Assembly (NCBI GenBank): GCA_964537895.1
Contig: CAZIDK010000004.1
Location: forward strand, 1 to 62,052
DNA from: an uncultured Gammaproteobacteria bacterium
Lineage (GTDB): Bacteria; Patescibacteriota; Microgenomatia; Levybacterales; UBA12049
DNA length: 62,052 bases
Direction: 5' to 3'
A program made the position numbers and the translations under genes. Numbering within the stretch: the stretch's first letter is position 1; the number at the start of each line of letters is the position of its first letter. Below, one piece after another: positions 18,844 through 27,389 of this stretch. The notes below the pieces were generated by a model. The model ran no database searches. It was not told the DNA's origin and worked only from the letters and a program-made list of their open reading frames with translations.

Positions 18844-19298
18844 ATAAACAAAAACTTCAAGAACAATTAAAGCAGTCAATGCTTGCAAAAAACGAATTAA
18901 AAACTTCGGTTCTGCGAATGCTTCTTTCGGCAATAAATTATTATGAAATTCAAAAAGGCGGAGCAGGATACGAGGCAAGCGAGGAAGACGTTTTGTCCGT
19001 AGTCCAAAAAGAAGCTAGGCAAAGGCGTGATTCAATAGAACAATTTAAAAATGCAGGAAGACAAGAATTGGCTGATAAAGAGCAAAAGGAACTTGAGATG
19101 CTTGAAGTTTATCTTCCTGAACAAATGAGTGAAGAAGAAATTAAAAAATTAGTTAAGGAAGCGATATCACAAACCTGCGCAGCATCAATACAAGATATGG
19201 GAAAAGTAATGGGCTATCTAACGCCTAAAACTAAAGGCAGGGCTGATGGAAGTTTTGTGAGTAAATTAGTCAGGGAATCTCTTTCCGCAACCTCTTAA
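18840..19298 (+). CDS. GatB/YqeY domain protein
   Basis: [13 protein letters not shown] and the overall YqeY pattern. Confidence 0.8.
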   Translation: MNKQKLQEQLKQSMLAKNELKTSVLRMLLSAINYYEIQKGGAGYEASEEDVLSVVQKEARQRRDSIEQFKNAGRQELADKEQKELEMLEVYLPEQMSEEEIKKLVKEAISQTCAASIQDMGKVMGYLTPKTKGRADGSFVSKLVRESLSATS

Positions 19299-19318
19299 TT
19301 TATAAATTCTTATTATTC

Positions 19319-20104
19319 TTAAATAAGCCTTCCAAGCCCTAATTTTTTACTTTTATTGAACATAAAAACAAATAGGCAAATTGCTAATGTCAGAAACACA
19401 ATATTTATTGCAAAACTTATTATTATTTTCTCAATAGAGATATGGTTTGTAAATATATGCTGCCTCATCGCTTCAAAGATGTAGCTTGACGGAAAAATTA
19501 GAGCTATTTTTTGCGCCCATTCCGGAAGTACTGATAAGGGATAATACAAAGCTGAAAAAGGAGCGATAAGATAAGCTCCTGCCCATGCTATTGTCTGAAC
19601 TTTCATTCCAAAGCGAATAATGATTGCCGCGACTACAAATCCGGCAGCCCAACCCGTGATTACAAGGTTAATAACAATCGGGAAAAGCCACCAGCCAAAT
19701 TGAAAAAAAGCATATTGGTAAAGAATAAAAGCAAGAGCTGCTGAGAAAAGTAAGCTAATAATCATTTTCAAAGCGCCAAAGATTGTCACAGCAGTAATCC
19801 ATTCGTATACCGTTAGGGGAGAGGCGAAAATATTAACAAGATTTCTATCCCACATTTCGGAAAGAAGGTTTGTTGTTATCTCATATTGAGCTCTCCAGGT
19901 AACAATCCAAAAAATTATTCCTGTTAAAAGAACAGTTGTTATATGTGGAGAATCATTTGAAAGCTTTGCAAAATAAAGTCCTGTAAGTCCCCAGATTAAA
20001 AGATCCATTAAAGGCCAATAAAACATATCAGTTAATCTGTCGTAACTGTGTTTGACGTTATAGAAATATCTCTGTACCATCGCCAATATTCTTTTTATGT
20101 TCAT
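19319..20104 (-). CDS. ABC-2 type transporter permease
   Basis: 6-TM protein translationally coupled to the upstream ATPase. Confidence 0.8.
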   Translation of the reverse strand: MNIKRILAMVQRYFYNVKHSYDRLTDMFYWPLMDLLIWGLTGLYFAKLSNDSPHITTVLLTGIIFWIVTWRAQYEITTNLLSEMWDRNLVNIFASPLTVYEWITAVTIFGALKMIISLLFSAALAFILYQYAFFQFGWWLFPIVINLVITGWAAGFVVAAIIIRFGMKVQTIAWAGAYLIAPFSALYYPLSVLPEWAQKIALIFPSSYIFEAMRQHIFTNHISIEKIIISFAINIVFLTLAICLFVFMFNKSKKLGLGRLI

Positions 20105-21018
20105 AAATTGCTCCCTTTGGACATTTTAAGAAAATAATCTTCCAAGTTTGGTTTATTAATGCTTATATCTTCATATTCAATTTTTTCACTTGTCATTGAA
20201 GTTATAAATTTTGAAATGTCTTTAGTTTTTAAACTTATCTTAAATGTATTTTTATTTTGCACAAATGATATTTTTTGAGATTCTAGAAATTTTTTGGCTT
20301 TTAGGATATTTTTTGTAATAAACTCAATTTCCGACTCCGGAATTTGTTTTGATAGATTTTCGGGCTTGTCTTTGGCAATAATTTTTCCTTTGTTTAGAAA
20401 AACAATGTTGTCGCACATTTCTTCAACCTCAGACATATTATGGGAAGTAAAAAGCATGCTAACGTTATATTCTTTTTGCTGTCTTCTTAAAAATTCCCTG
20501 ATCCTTACTGCAATATCGGGATCTAAAGACGCTGTCGGTTCATCTAAAAGAATAATTTTAGGATAGTTTACAAACGCCTTTGTAAGCAGAAGCCTTGCCA
20601 TTTCTCCGGCTGAAAGCATATGAATACTCTTTTTCCTTAGATGTTCTATTTCAAATTCAGATAAAAGTCTTTTAATTCTGCTTTGCTTATTAGGAACTTC
20701 ATAAAGATTTGCGAATACATTTAGCACTTCCTCAACTGTAAAAAGCCAGGGAAGGGAAATATACGCAGATGAAAAGTTTAATTTCTTAAGTATTTCACTT
20801 CGGTTTCCCTTAAAAGGTTTCCCAAAATATGAAATACTGCCGTTCGTTGGAGCCATAACATCCAAAAGCATATGAATTGTCGTTGTTTTCCCGGCTCCAT
20901 TTGGACCAAGCAAACCCAATATCTCTCCTTCTTTAATTTCAAAAGAGATATTATCAACGGCTGTAAATTTACCAAATTTTTTCGTGAGGTTTTTTACCTC
21001 AAGTACATTTTTATTCAT
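20101..21018 (-). CDS. ABC transporter ATP-binding protein
   Basis: Walker A GPNGAGKTT, signature LSAGE, Walker B ILLDEP. Confidence 0.9.
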   Translation of the reverse strand: MNKNVLEVKNLTKKFGKFTAVDNISFEIKEGEILGLLGPNGAGKTTTIHMLLDVMAPTNGSISYFGKPFKGNRSEILKKLNFSSAYISLPWLFTVEEVLNVFANLYEVPNKQSRIKRLLSEFEIEHLRKKSIHMLSAGEMARLLLTKAFVNYPKIILLDEPTASLDPDIAVRIREFLRRQQKEYNVSMLFTSHNMSEVEEMCDNIVFLNKGKIIAKDKPENLSKQIPESEIEFITKNILKAKKFLESQKISFVQNKNTFKISLKTKDISKFITSMTSEKIEYEDISINKPNLEDYFLKMSKGSNL

Positions 21019-21036
21019 AAGAATAATAAAGGCAGT

Positions 21037-22410
21037 TTAAGCGAGATCTTTTATGCGGCTGAGGAGGTGCTCTTTATTATTTTTAGATAAATCTTCATCT
21101 ACTTCTTCAAATAATTTCTGTAAAATTTCCCCAACCTTGGGACCAGGTTTTATCTGCAATGTTTTCATTATATCATTTCCGTCAATTGCCATATCATTTA
21201 TCGAAAAAGGCGCCGGTTTTAATTGTTCTTCAATCTTTTTCTTAAATAATTTAAGCCGCCAGCTTTCTGCAGTTTGGGTTCCTCCGCCAAGCCTGTCCCC
21301 GACCCTTAAATCCATCATGTCTTTGACGTTATTAACTCCGATTCTTCTTATAAATCTTCTGACTCCCGCATCGGTTAAGTTCTCGTTAACACTAAACATA
21401 TGCCAGCGTATTAGCGAAACGATTTTTTCAGTGTCTTTTTTAGAAAACCTAAGTCTATCGCAAATTTTTGCGGCAATTTTTGCACCAACTACTTCATGAT
21501 TATGAAAAATCACAAGTCCTTCTTCGTCCTCCGATTTAACTTTCGGTTTTCCAATGTCATGTATAAGAGCGGCAAACCTTACGATTGGATCTTTTGAAGG
21601 ACAAAACTTCAAAGACAAAACGTTATGAGTAAAAACGTCTGTTGTGTGGTGTCTGCCCGGCCTAACTTGCGAAACGTCAATTCCTTCGATAAGTTCGGGT
21701 AGAATAAATTGCAAAAGTCCGCCGTCTTTTAAAAGTATAACGCCGTCATATGCATTATCGCTTTTTAAAATCCGCAAAAGTTCATCGTGAATTCTTTCGT
21801 TTGAGATATTGGAGATGAGAGAGGCATCTGCAAAAATTTTTTCCCATGTTTTCTTCTCAATTGTAAAAGAAAGCTCTGTTGCAATTCTTATTGCCCTAAT
21901 TAGTCTTAAAGCGTCTTCCTTAAATCTTTTATTTGCATCTCCGACTGCTTTGATAATTTTTCTTTCAATATCTTTTTGTCCCTCGTAAGGATCAACTATT
22001 TCAAAGTTCGGAATTTTTTTGTCAAAAGAAATTATTTTTAAAGCAACGGCATTAATGGTAAAATCACGTCTTGCCAAATCTTCTTCTATCGTTTTTCCCC
22101 AAGAGACCTTGTCTGGTTTATGAGTAGGACTTGAACTTTTTTCTGTTCTGAAGGTGGTAATTTCAACAACTCCTTTATCGCCGTTTATTCCTATGGGAAC
22201 TCCAACAGTACCGAACTGATTATCATAAAAACTTTCTTTAAAAATTTTAGTTAAATCTTCTGGCCTTGCATTTGTGGTTAAATCCCAATCTTTAACGTCT
22301 TTTTTTAGAATAATATCTCTAACGCATCCGCCTACAAAATAAACCTCAAAATTTGCATTCTGAAGCTTTTTATAAATTTCTAAAATATTGTCCGGAATAT
22401 TGCTTGTCAT
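21037..22410 (-). CDS. cca: CCA-adding tRNA nucleotidyltransferase with HD domain
   Basis: YFVGGCVRDIIL, DWDLTT, RDFTINA, and HDIGKP (HD domain). Confidence 0.85.
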   Translation of the reverse strand: MTSNIPDNILEIYKKLQNANFEVYFVGGCVRDIILKKDVKDWDLTTNARPEDLTKIFKESFYDNQFGTVGVPIGINGDKGVVEITTFRTEKSSSPTHKPDKVSWGKTIEEDLARRDFTINAVALKIISFDKKIPNFEIVDPYEGQKDIERKIIKAVGDANKRFKEDALRLIRAIRIATELSFTIEKKTWEKIFADASLISNISNERIHDELLRILKSDNAYDGVILLKDGGLLQFILPELIEGIDVSQVRPGRHHTTDVFTHNVLSLKFCPSKDPIVRFAALIHDIGKPKVKSEDEEGLVIFHNHEVVGAKIAAKICDRLRFSKKDTEKIVSLIRWHMFSVNENLTDAGVRRFIRRIGVNNVKDMMDLRVGDRLGGGTQTAESWRLKLFKKKIEEQLKPAPFSINDMAIDGNDIMKTLQIKPGPKVGEILQKLFEEVDEDLSKNNKEHLLSRIKDLA

Positions 22411-22461
22411 AACTTGCCCCGGTGAGGCGGGGTTTGCTATAGTATAGCAGATGAATTCTAT

Positions 22462-24180
22462 ATGAAAAAATGGGAAACAATGTCGAAAATAAAAAATAAA
22501 AAAGAAAATATAAAAAATGAGGAGGTAATTAGAATCCTTCTTGAAAATAGGGGAATTAAGACAAAAAAAGAAACCGAAGATTTTTTAAATCCGAAGTTAG
22601 CGGAAGTTACGATAGAAAATGTAAGAATAAGCAAGCCCCAAGTTAAAAAATCAATAGATAGAATAAAAAAAGCCATAAAAAATAAAGAACAAATTGTTGT
22701 TTTTGGTGATTATGACGTTGACGGAATTTGCGGGACAGCAATTCTTTGGGAAACCCTTAATGACTTAGGCGCAAAAGTAATGCCTTATATTCCAAATAGA
22801 ATTGACGAAGGATACGGATTGTCCCTTGCGGGAATATCAAATATCAAAAATAAAATATCAAATATTGGATTGATAATAACAGTTGATAACGGAATTGTTG
22901 CAAATAAAGCAGTTGATTTTGCCAAAAAACAAGGAATAGACGTAATTATTACCGATCATCACGTTCCTCCAAAACAATTACCAAAAGCTTTTTCAATTGT
23001 GCATACAACTCTTCTTTGCGGAGCAGGAGTAGCCTACCTGCTTTCGCAGGAAATAAAAAATAAAATATTAAATATTAAAAATGACGAAGATAAACATCTG
23101 GAGTTGGTTGCTTTAGCAACGGTTGCGGATCTGGTTCCTTTAACAGGAGCAAATAGGACGCTTCTAAAAGATGGACTTTTAGAGCTTCATAAAACTAAGC
23201 GCTTGGGCTTGCTCGCTCTTTTTAAAGAGGCCCAAATTAATAAGGATTCAATAGGCGTTTATGAAATAGGACATATTATTGCGCCCCGTCTCAATGCGAT
23301 GGGCCGGCTGGAAAACGCAATGGATTCACTGCGTTTGGTTTGTACGACAAATAGACAGAGGGCTTTGGCGCTGGCGCATAAATTAGGAAGTACAAATAAG
23401 GAAAGGCAAAATGTAACAGAAGAAGCGGTTACCCACGCAAAAGCCAAAGTCAGAGCCTCAAAATTTGAAAAAGAAAGACTGCTGTTTATTTACGACGAGT
23501 CGTATGAACAGGGAGTAATCGGCTTGGTAGCAGGAAGGTTGGTTGAGGAATTTTATAAACCTTCTATTGTTATTTCAAAAGGAGAAGTTTATAGCAAAGC
23601 CTCTGCCCGTTCGATAAGCGGTTTTAACATTATAGAATTCATAAGAAGCGAATTAGCACTTTTAGTTGATGTTGGAGGGCATCCGATGGCTGCCGGTTTT
23701 ACTGTTGAAACAACGAAACTCGCACTTTTAGAAAAAAATCTAAAGAGAAAAGCAAAAGAATTGCTTGATGAAGAAAAGCTTAAAAGATCACTAAAAATAG
23801 ACCTGGAATTGCCAGGTTCTTTAATTTCTCAAAAACTATACGATGCTATTCAAAAATTGCAGCCCTTTGGAATGAAAAACCCCGAACCCACTTTTCTTAC
23901 AAAAAATCTAGTGATTGAAGATATGCGTTTGGTGGGAAATGACGGCAAGCATCTCAAGATGCGATTGACGATTGACGACCCGCCTGCCATTGCAAGCAAG
24001 GCTTTGCGGGCAGGTTTACGATTTACGATTGAAGGGATTGCGTTTGGAATGGGCGAGGAAACCGGATTTAAAATGGGAGACAAGGTGGACGTTGTTTATA
24101 CTCTTTCCGAAAACGAATGGAATGGAAGCAAAACAATAGAGTTAAAAATAAAGGATATTAGGAAATCAAAAGTAATTTAA
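22462..24180 (+). CDS. recJ: single-stranded-DNA-specific exonuclease RecJ
   Basis: DHH motifs GDYDVDG and TDHH, plus the DHHA1 GGHxxAAG motif (GGHPMAAG). An alternative ATG lies at 22477. Confidence 0.9.
   Translation: MKKWETMSKIKNKKENIKNEEVIRILLENRGIKTKKETEDFLNPKLAEVTIENVRISKPQVKKSIDRIKKAIKNKEQIVVFGDYDVDGICGTAILWETLNDLGAKVMPYIPNRIDEGYGLSLAGISNIKNKISNIGLIITVDNGIVANKAVDFAKKQGIDVIITDHHVPPKQLPKAFSIVHTTLLCGAGVAYLLSQEIKNKILNIKNDEDKHLELVALATVADLVPLTGANRTLLKDGLLELHKTKRLGLLALFKEAQINKDSIGVYEIGHIIAPRLNAMGRLENAMDSLRLVCTTNRQRALALAHKLGSTNKERQNVTEEAVTHAKAKVRASKFEKERLLFIYDESYEQGVIGLVAGRLVEEFYKPSIVISKGEVYSKASARSISGFNIIEFIRSELALLVDVGGHPMAAGFTVETTKLALLEKNLKRKAKELLDEEKLKRSLKIDLELPGSLISQKLYDAIQKLQPFGMKNPEPTFLTKNLVIEDMRLVGNDGKHLKMRLTIDDPPAIASKALRAGLRFTIEGIAFGMGEETGFKMGDKVDVVYTLSENEWNGSKTIELKIKDIRKSKVI
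23961..24030 (+). repeat. in-frame GC-rich insert in recJ flanked by short direct repeats
   Basis: GATTGACGATTGACGA ... GTTTACGATTTACGATTGA flank CCTGCC..GGCAGG hairpin sequence. Encodes RLTIDD-PPAIASKALRAG-LRFTIEG. Confidence 0.6.
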
Positions 24181-25670
24181 AATGAGTCTGAATATCTTCT
24201 AAGCTTTCTTTGGTTCTCTATTATTCTTGTTACGTCTTCTGTACTAACCCTGTTGTATATACTGTGAGGGAATAAAGCTTCAAATACTCCTGACTTTACC
24301 AATCTGTTTAGCTCATATTCTTCGTGAGCCATGCCGTCTTTATGTTGATAGTCAAGATAATTTTTGTAATCTAAAATTACGATTTCCATTCTTTTTCCTT
24401 CAAAAAGGACATCATATTTGAGCTGACCCAGCTCGGTAGAGCTGCCTGCATTTTTAGCACTGTAAGGTTGTCCTCCCAAAGTGTCTTCTGTGTCTTCTGT
24501 GAAAGCTAAACTGCCGCTTTTTCTTCCTGCTTCTTCAATGCGTCTTTTAAGGCTTATTGCATCCCCTCTTGTTCGTACAACAAACATCCATCCTGTCATA
24601 TCTTCAATACCGGCTTCAGGATTGTATTCCCCTTTTCTTAGAAGTTTGCCAATAGATGCAAGAAAGTCTTTTCTTGGTCTGCTGTCAAAACTTGCAGGAA
24701 TGCTTTCGCCCCCATCGTCAAAAGATCTTTGATCAAGAGCTGTAGCTCTAAGATAATATCCTCTGTTTTTTGGCTTGTGGTTTGCGATTCTTCTTCTGAC
24801 TTGCTCTTCTTGGTCAGCAGATACTTCTTCTATCCCAATACACTCATATGTATCTGGGTCCAAAGAGTGTTTACTAACGACAATAACTCCGCCTATATCA
24901 CCTTTTAATTTTTCAGGTGTCCAAACATGAGCATCCAGAAATCTTACAAACGGATCTCCTTGCTCTTTCCCTCTTTTTCTTTCGGCAAGATTTTGATCAT
25001 TCATGTCAACTTCTCTGTTTCTTTTATCCATTTCGGCAGCCAGTTTCATTAAGGTTAATTTTCTTTTAGCTTCAAACCTTGTTCTTTCGCTGTATGATGC
25101 GTCAAACATTATAGCCAAGAGATCTATGACATTATCGGTTTTCCTAACCTCTTCCGTTATGCCTATTTTTTCAGAAATCGGTTCAAGAATGCCCTGCCTT
25201 AGATAGCTATCTATATATTTATCTGCGCCTTCGGCAAATCCTTTTACTTTTGCCGTTCTTAGGCTTTCTTTTCCTTCAATTCCAAAAGTAGCAGCTATTT
25301 TATTAGTCGCCCTTTTGCGCAAATCGTCTTTTTTCCTCTCATCAGTAATTACAGATATAATCTCGGAAGGGTTGGAAACATCTAAAAGGACACAAACTAA
25401 GTCTAAATCCGAGATATATTGTACTGAATCTCCGTCATTAGCTTCAAAATAATCCACTAAGTTTCTAAATGCTTGTCTGGCTTCCGGATGTTGTCTTAGG
25501 TATGTTCTGTCAATCGTTCTGAAAATTCTTCGTTTTCTGATATGTGCATCGCGTAATCCGGGGATTGTCTGGCTGAACTCTGCCACAGAAGAAGGACGGC
25601 CATTTCCTTCCATCAGAGTAGGAAAGCTTCTTTCTACGGTAGTTTTAGAAGGTAATTCTGCCTGCGTCAT
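24177..25670 (-). CDS. hypothetical protein with C-terminal RelA/SpoT-like nucleotidyltransferase (alarmone-synthetase fold) motifs and an uncharacterised ~320-aa N-terminal region
   Basis: The ordered motifs SRPRKDFLASIGKLLRKG (RxKxxxSxxxKxxRK), IEDMTGWMFVV (DxxGxR-like strand), QPYSAKNAGSS, RMEIVILDY (EIQIRT-like) and AHEEYELNR (HxxYK-like) match the RelA_SpoT synthetase domain layout. Own TTGACA-17-TAAAAT promoter lies upstream. Stop overlaps the recJ stop. Confidence 0.8.
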   Translation of the reverse strand: MTQAELPSKTTVERSFPTLMEGNGRPSSVAEFSQTIPGLRDAHIRKRRIFRTIDRTYLRQHPEARQAFRNLVDYFEANDGDSVQYISDLDLVCVLLDVSNPSEIISVITDERKKDDLRKRATNKIAATFGIEGKESLRTAKVKGFAEGADKYIDSYLRQGILEPISEKIGITEEVRKTDNVIDLLAIMFDASYSERTRFEAKRKLTLMKLAAEMDKRNREVDMNDQNLAERKRGKEQGDPFVRFLDAHVWTPEKLKGDIGGVIVVSKHSLDPDTYECIGIEEVSADQEEQVRRRIANHKPKNRGYYLRATALDQRSFDDGGESIPASFDSRPRKDFLASIGKLLRKGEYNPEAGIEDMTGWMFVVRTRGDAISLKRRIEEAGRKSGSLAFTEDTEDTLGGQPYSAKNAGSSTELGQLKYDVLFEGKRMEIVILDYKNYLDYQHKDGMAHEEYELNRLVKSGVFEALFPHSIYNRVSTEDVTRIIENQRKLRRYSDSF

Positions 25671-25742
25671 AATACTATAAGATAAATTTTAACATTTTAT
25701 GCCTGGGTTGTCAAGTTTGGTCAGACTTAACTTTGGGGATGG

Positions 25743-25967
25743 TTAAATTCTGCGAATTGCGTTATGTCGTTGTCTTCGGTCGGTAGGTACTCCGTCCGGA
25801 AGAGGACCTTTGCGTCTTCTTCCGCCATATATGCGCTCCGGAACCATCGGTATTCCTGATGCGTCTGTAACGTCGGCTTCTCTAACTGTTTCTCCGGCCC
25901 GTATCGGCCTATAAGGACCAAGAGCGTCTTCCGGATGCGATACCCCTGTCTCTCTTGCGTTTCTCAT
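25743..25967 (-). CDS. possible small Arg/Pro-rich protein (74 aa) upstream of the RelA/SpoT-like gene
   Basis: This frame has A/T-rich third codon positions and G-rich first positions. A TTGACA-17-TATAAT promoter lies just upstream. The ATG at 25967 is chosen because the promoter -10 box covers the longer ORF's start at 25988. Coding status is uncertain. Confidence 0.4.
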   Translation of the reverse strand: MRNARETGVSHPEDALGPYRPIRAGETVREADVTDASGIPMVPERIYGGRRRKGPLPDGVPTDRRQRHNAIRRI

Positions 25968-25979
25968 ACTCACTATAGG

Positions 25980-26030
25980 ATTATACATAAATTTATATTA
26001 CTTGTCAAGAAGCTGTTTAGAATATACAAT
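25980..26030. promoter_or_regulatory. divergent promoter pair sharing a palindromic -35 (CTTGTCAAG)
   Basis: Plus strand: TTGTCA 26002-26007, 17 nt, TACAAT 26025-26030, then 6 nt to the aspS ATG. Minus strand: TTGACA (26003-26008), 17 nt, TATAAT (25980-25985). Confidence 0.55.
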
Positions 26031-26036
26031 ACCTTT

Positions 26037-27389
26037 ATGCAAAGGGTTTTATCTTCAAAAGCGGCTGATTTCGCGGGTCAGGAAATAAGGCTAAATGGTT
26101 GGGTTAGAATACGAAGAGATCACGGTAAACTTATATTTCTTGACTTAAGAGATAAAGACGGAATTATTCAAATTGTGGTTAATCCTCATGTTTCGGAAGC
26201 AGCCCACAAAGTAGCTCAAGAATTAAGGCCCGAGTTTGCCGTAGAAATTACCGGAAAGGTAAATAAAAGGCCGGAAAACGCTGTTAATAAGGATTTATTA
26301 AGCGGAACAGTTGAAATTGAGGCTACAGAAATTAAAATTTTAGCCCGAGCCGAAACTTTACCTTTTGATACGGGTGAAGCAAAGCTAAACCTGGAGCTTC
26401 CGACGCTTCTTGACCACCGCTCCTTAACACTTAGACACCCAAGCGTTTCTGAGATATTTAAGGTTCAGGAAGAAGTTGTAAAAGCATTCAGAAGCGCAGC
26501 TAAAAAATTAGATTGTACGGAAATATTTGTACCTACTATTTCCGCTTCGGCAACCGAAGGAGGGGCGGAAGTTTTTAAAGTTAAATACTATGATCACGAT
26601 GCTTATTTAACTCAAAGCCCCCAGCTCTATAAGCAAATAATGGTAGGGGTTTTTGAAAGAGTTTATACGATTTCCCATGCTTATAGGGCAGAACCTTCTG
26701 TTACCACCAGACATTTATCCGAATCTGTTCAGCTTGATATTGAGATTGGTTTTATTGATAGCTTTGAAGAGTTATTAGATGCAATTGAATTGGTAGGTAC
26801 ATCAATCGTTTCGGACGTTTCCAAAAACTGCGAAAAAATCTTAGCCTTTTTTGGTATAGAAAAAGCCTTGATTCCAACAAAAATCCCAAGGTTAACCTTA
26901 AAAGAAGCGCAGGAAATTATTTATAAATTCAGTAACGGGCAAAGAGACTGCCGTGGTGAACAGGATTTGAATGCGACGGATGAAAAATTAATTTGCGAAT
27001 GGGCAAAGAAAGAAAAAAGTTCGGATTTTGTAACAATAACCCATTTTCCTACAAAAAAACGGGCTTTTTACTCAATGCCGGATCCTAAAAACCCCGAAGT
27101 TTCTCTGTCGTATGATTTACTCTTCAGGGGTTTGGAAATTCTAAGCGGAAGCCAACGCATTAATGATTACGATCAGCTTATTCAAATTATGAAGGAAAGA
27201 AAGCTTAATCCTGAAAGTTTTTCGATGTATCTGCAGGCTTTTAAATACGGTATTCCCCCCGAAGGAGGATTTTCCTTCGGACTTGAAAGGCTGACAATGA
27301 AACTTTTAGAACTCCAAAATGTTAGGGAGGCTTCTTTGTTTCCACGGGACATGGAAAGGGTTGATGAAAGACTTTCTAATCTTAAATAA
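26037..27389 (+). CDS. aspS: aspartate--tRNA ligase, archaeal/eukaryal-type (class IIb)
   Basis: OB-fold N-terminus (GWVRIRRDHGKLIFLDLRD), QSPQLYKQ, motif 2 YRAEPSVTTRHLSE, motif 3 GFSFGLERL. Confidence 0.9.
   Translation: MQRVLSSKAADFAGQEIRLNGWVRIRRDHGKLIFLDLRDKDGIIQIVVNPHVSEAAHKVAQELRPEFAVEITGKVNKRPENAVNKDLLSGTVEIEATEIKILARAETLPFDTGEAKLNLELPTLLDHRSLTLRHPSVSEIFKVQEEVVKAFRSAAKKLDCTEIFVPTISASATEGGAEVFKVKYYDHDAYLTQSPQLYKQIMVGVFERVYTISHAYRAEPSVTTRHLSESVQLDIEIGFIDSFEELLDAIELVGTSIVSDVSKNCEKILAFFGIEKALIPTKIPRLTLKEAQEIIYKFSNGQRDCRGEQDLNATDEKLICEWAKKEKSSDFVTITHFPTKKRAFYSMPDPKNPEVSLSYDLLFRGLEILSGSQRINDYDQLIQIMKERKLNPESFSMYLQAFKYGIPPEGGFSFGLERLTMKLLELQNVREASLFPRDMERVDERLSNLK

Noticed and set aside
25337-25344. 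Hammerhead ribozyme core CUGAUGAG on the minus strand
   Set aside because: It lies inside the RelA/SpoT-like CDS (codons ITDER). No matching CGAAA core or stems I-III are nearby.
25727-25921. 64-aa ORF from the track as an independent gene
   Set aside because: It has a TTG start and G/C-rich third codon positions that are atypical for this genome. It is fully overlapped by the 74-aa frame, which fits host codon bias and the mapped promoter. It is kept only as part of the ambiguity noted in the findings.
25727-25990. SRP RNA or RNase P RNA in the GC-rich stretch (GUCCGGAAGAGGAC hairpin)
   Set aside because: The resemblance to the SRP domain IV GGAA loop is only superficial. The conserved flanking AGCA/GGUC symmetric-loop sequences and the RNase P GAGGAAAGUCCGG motif are absent.
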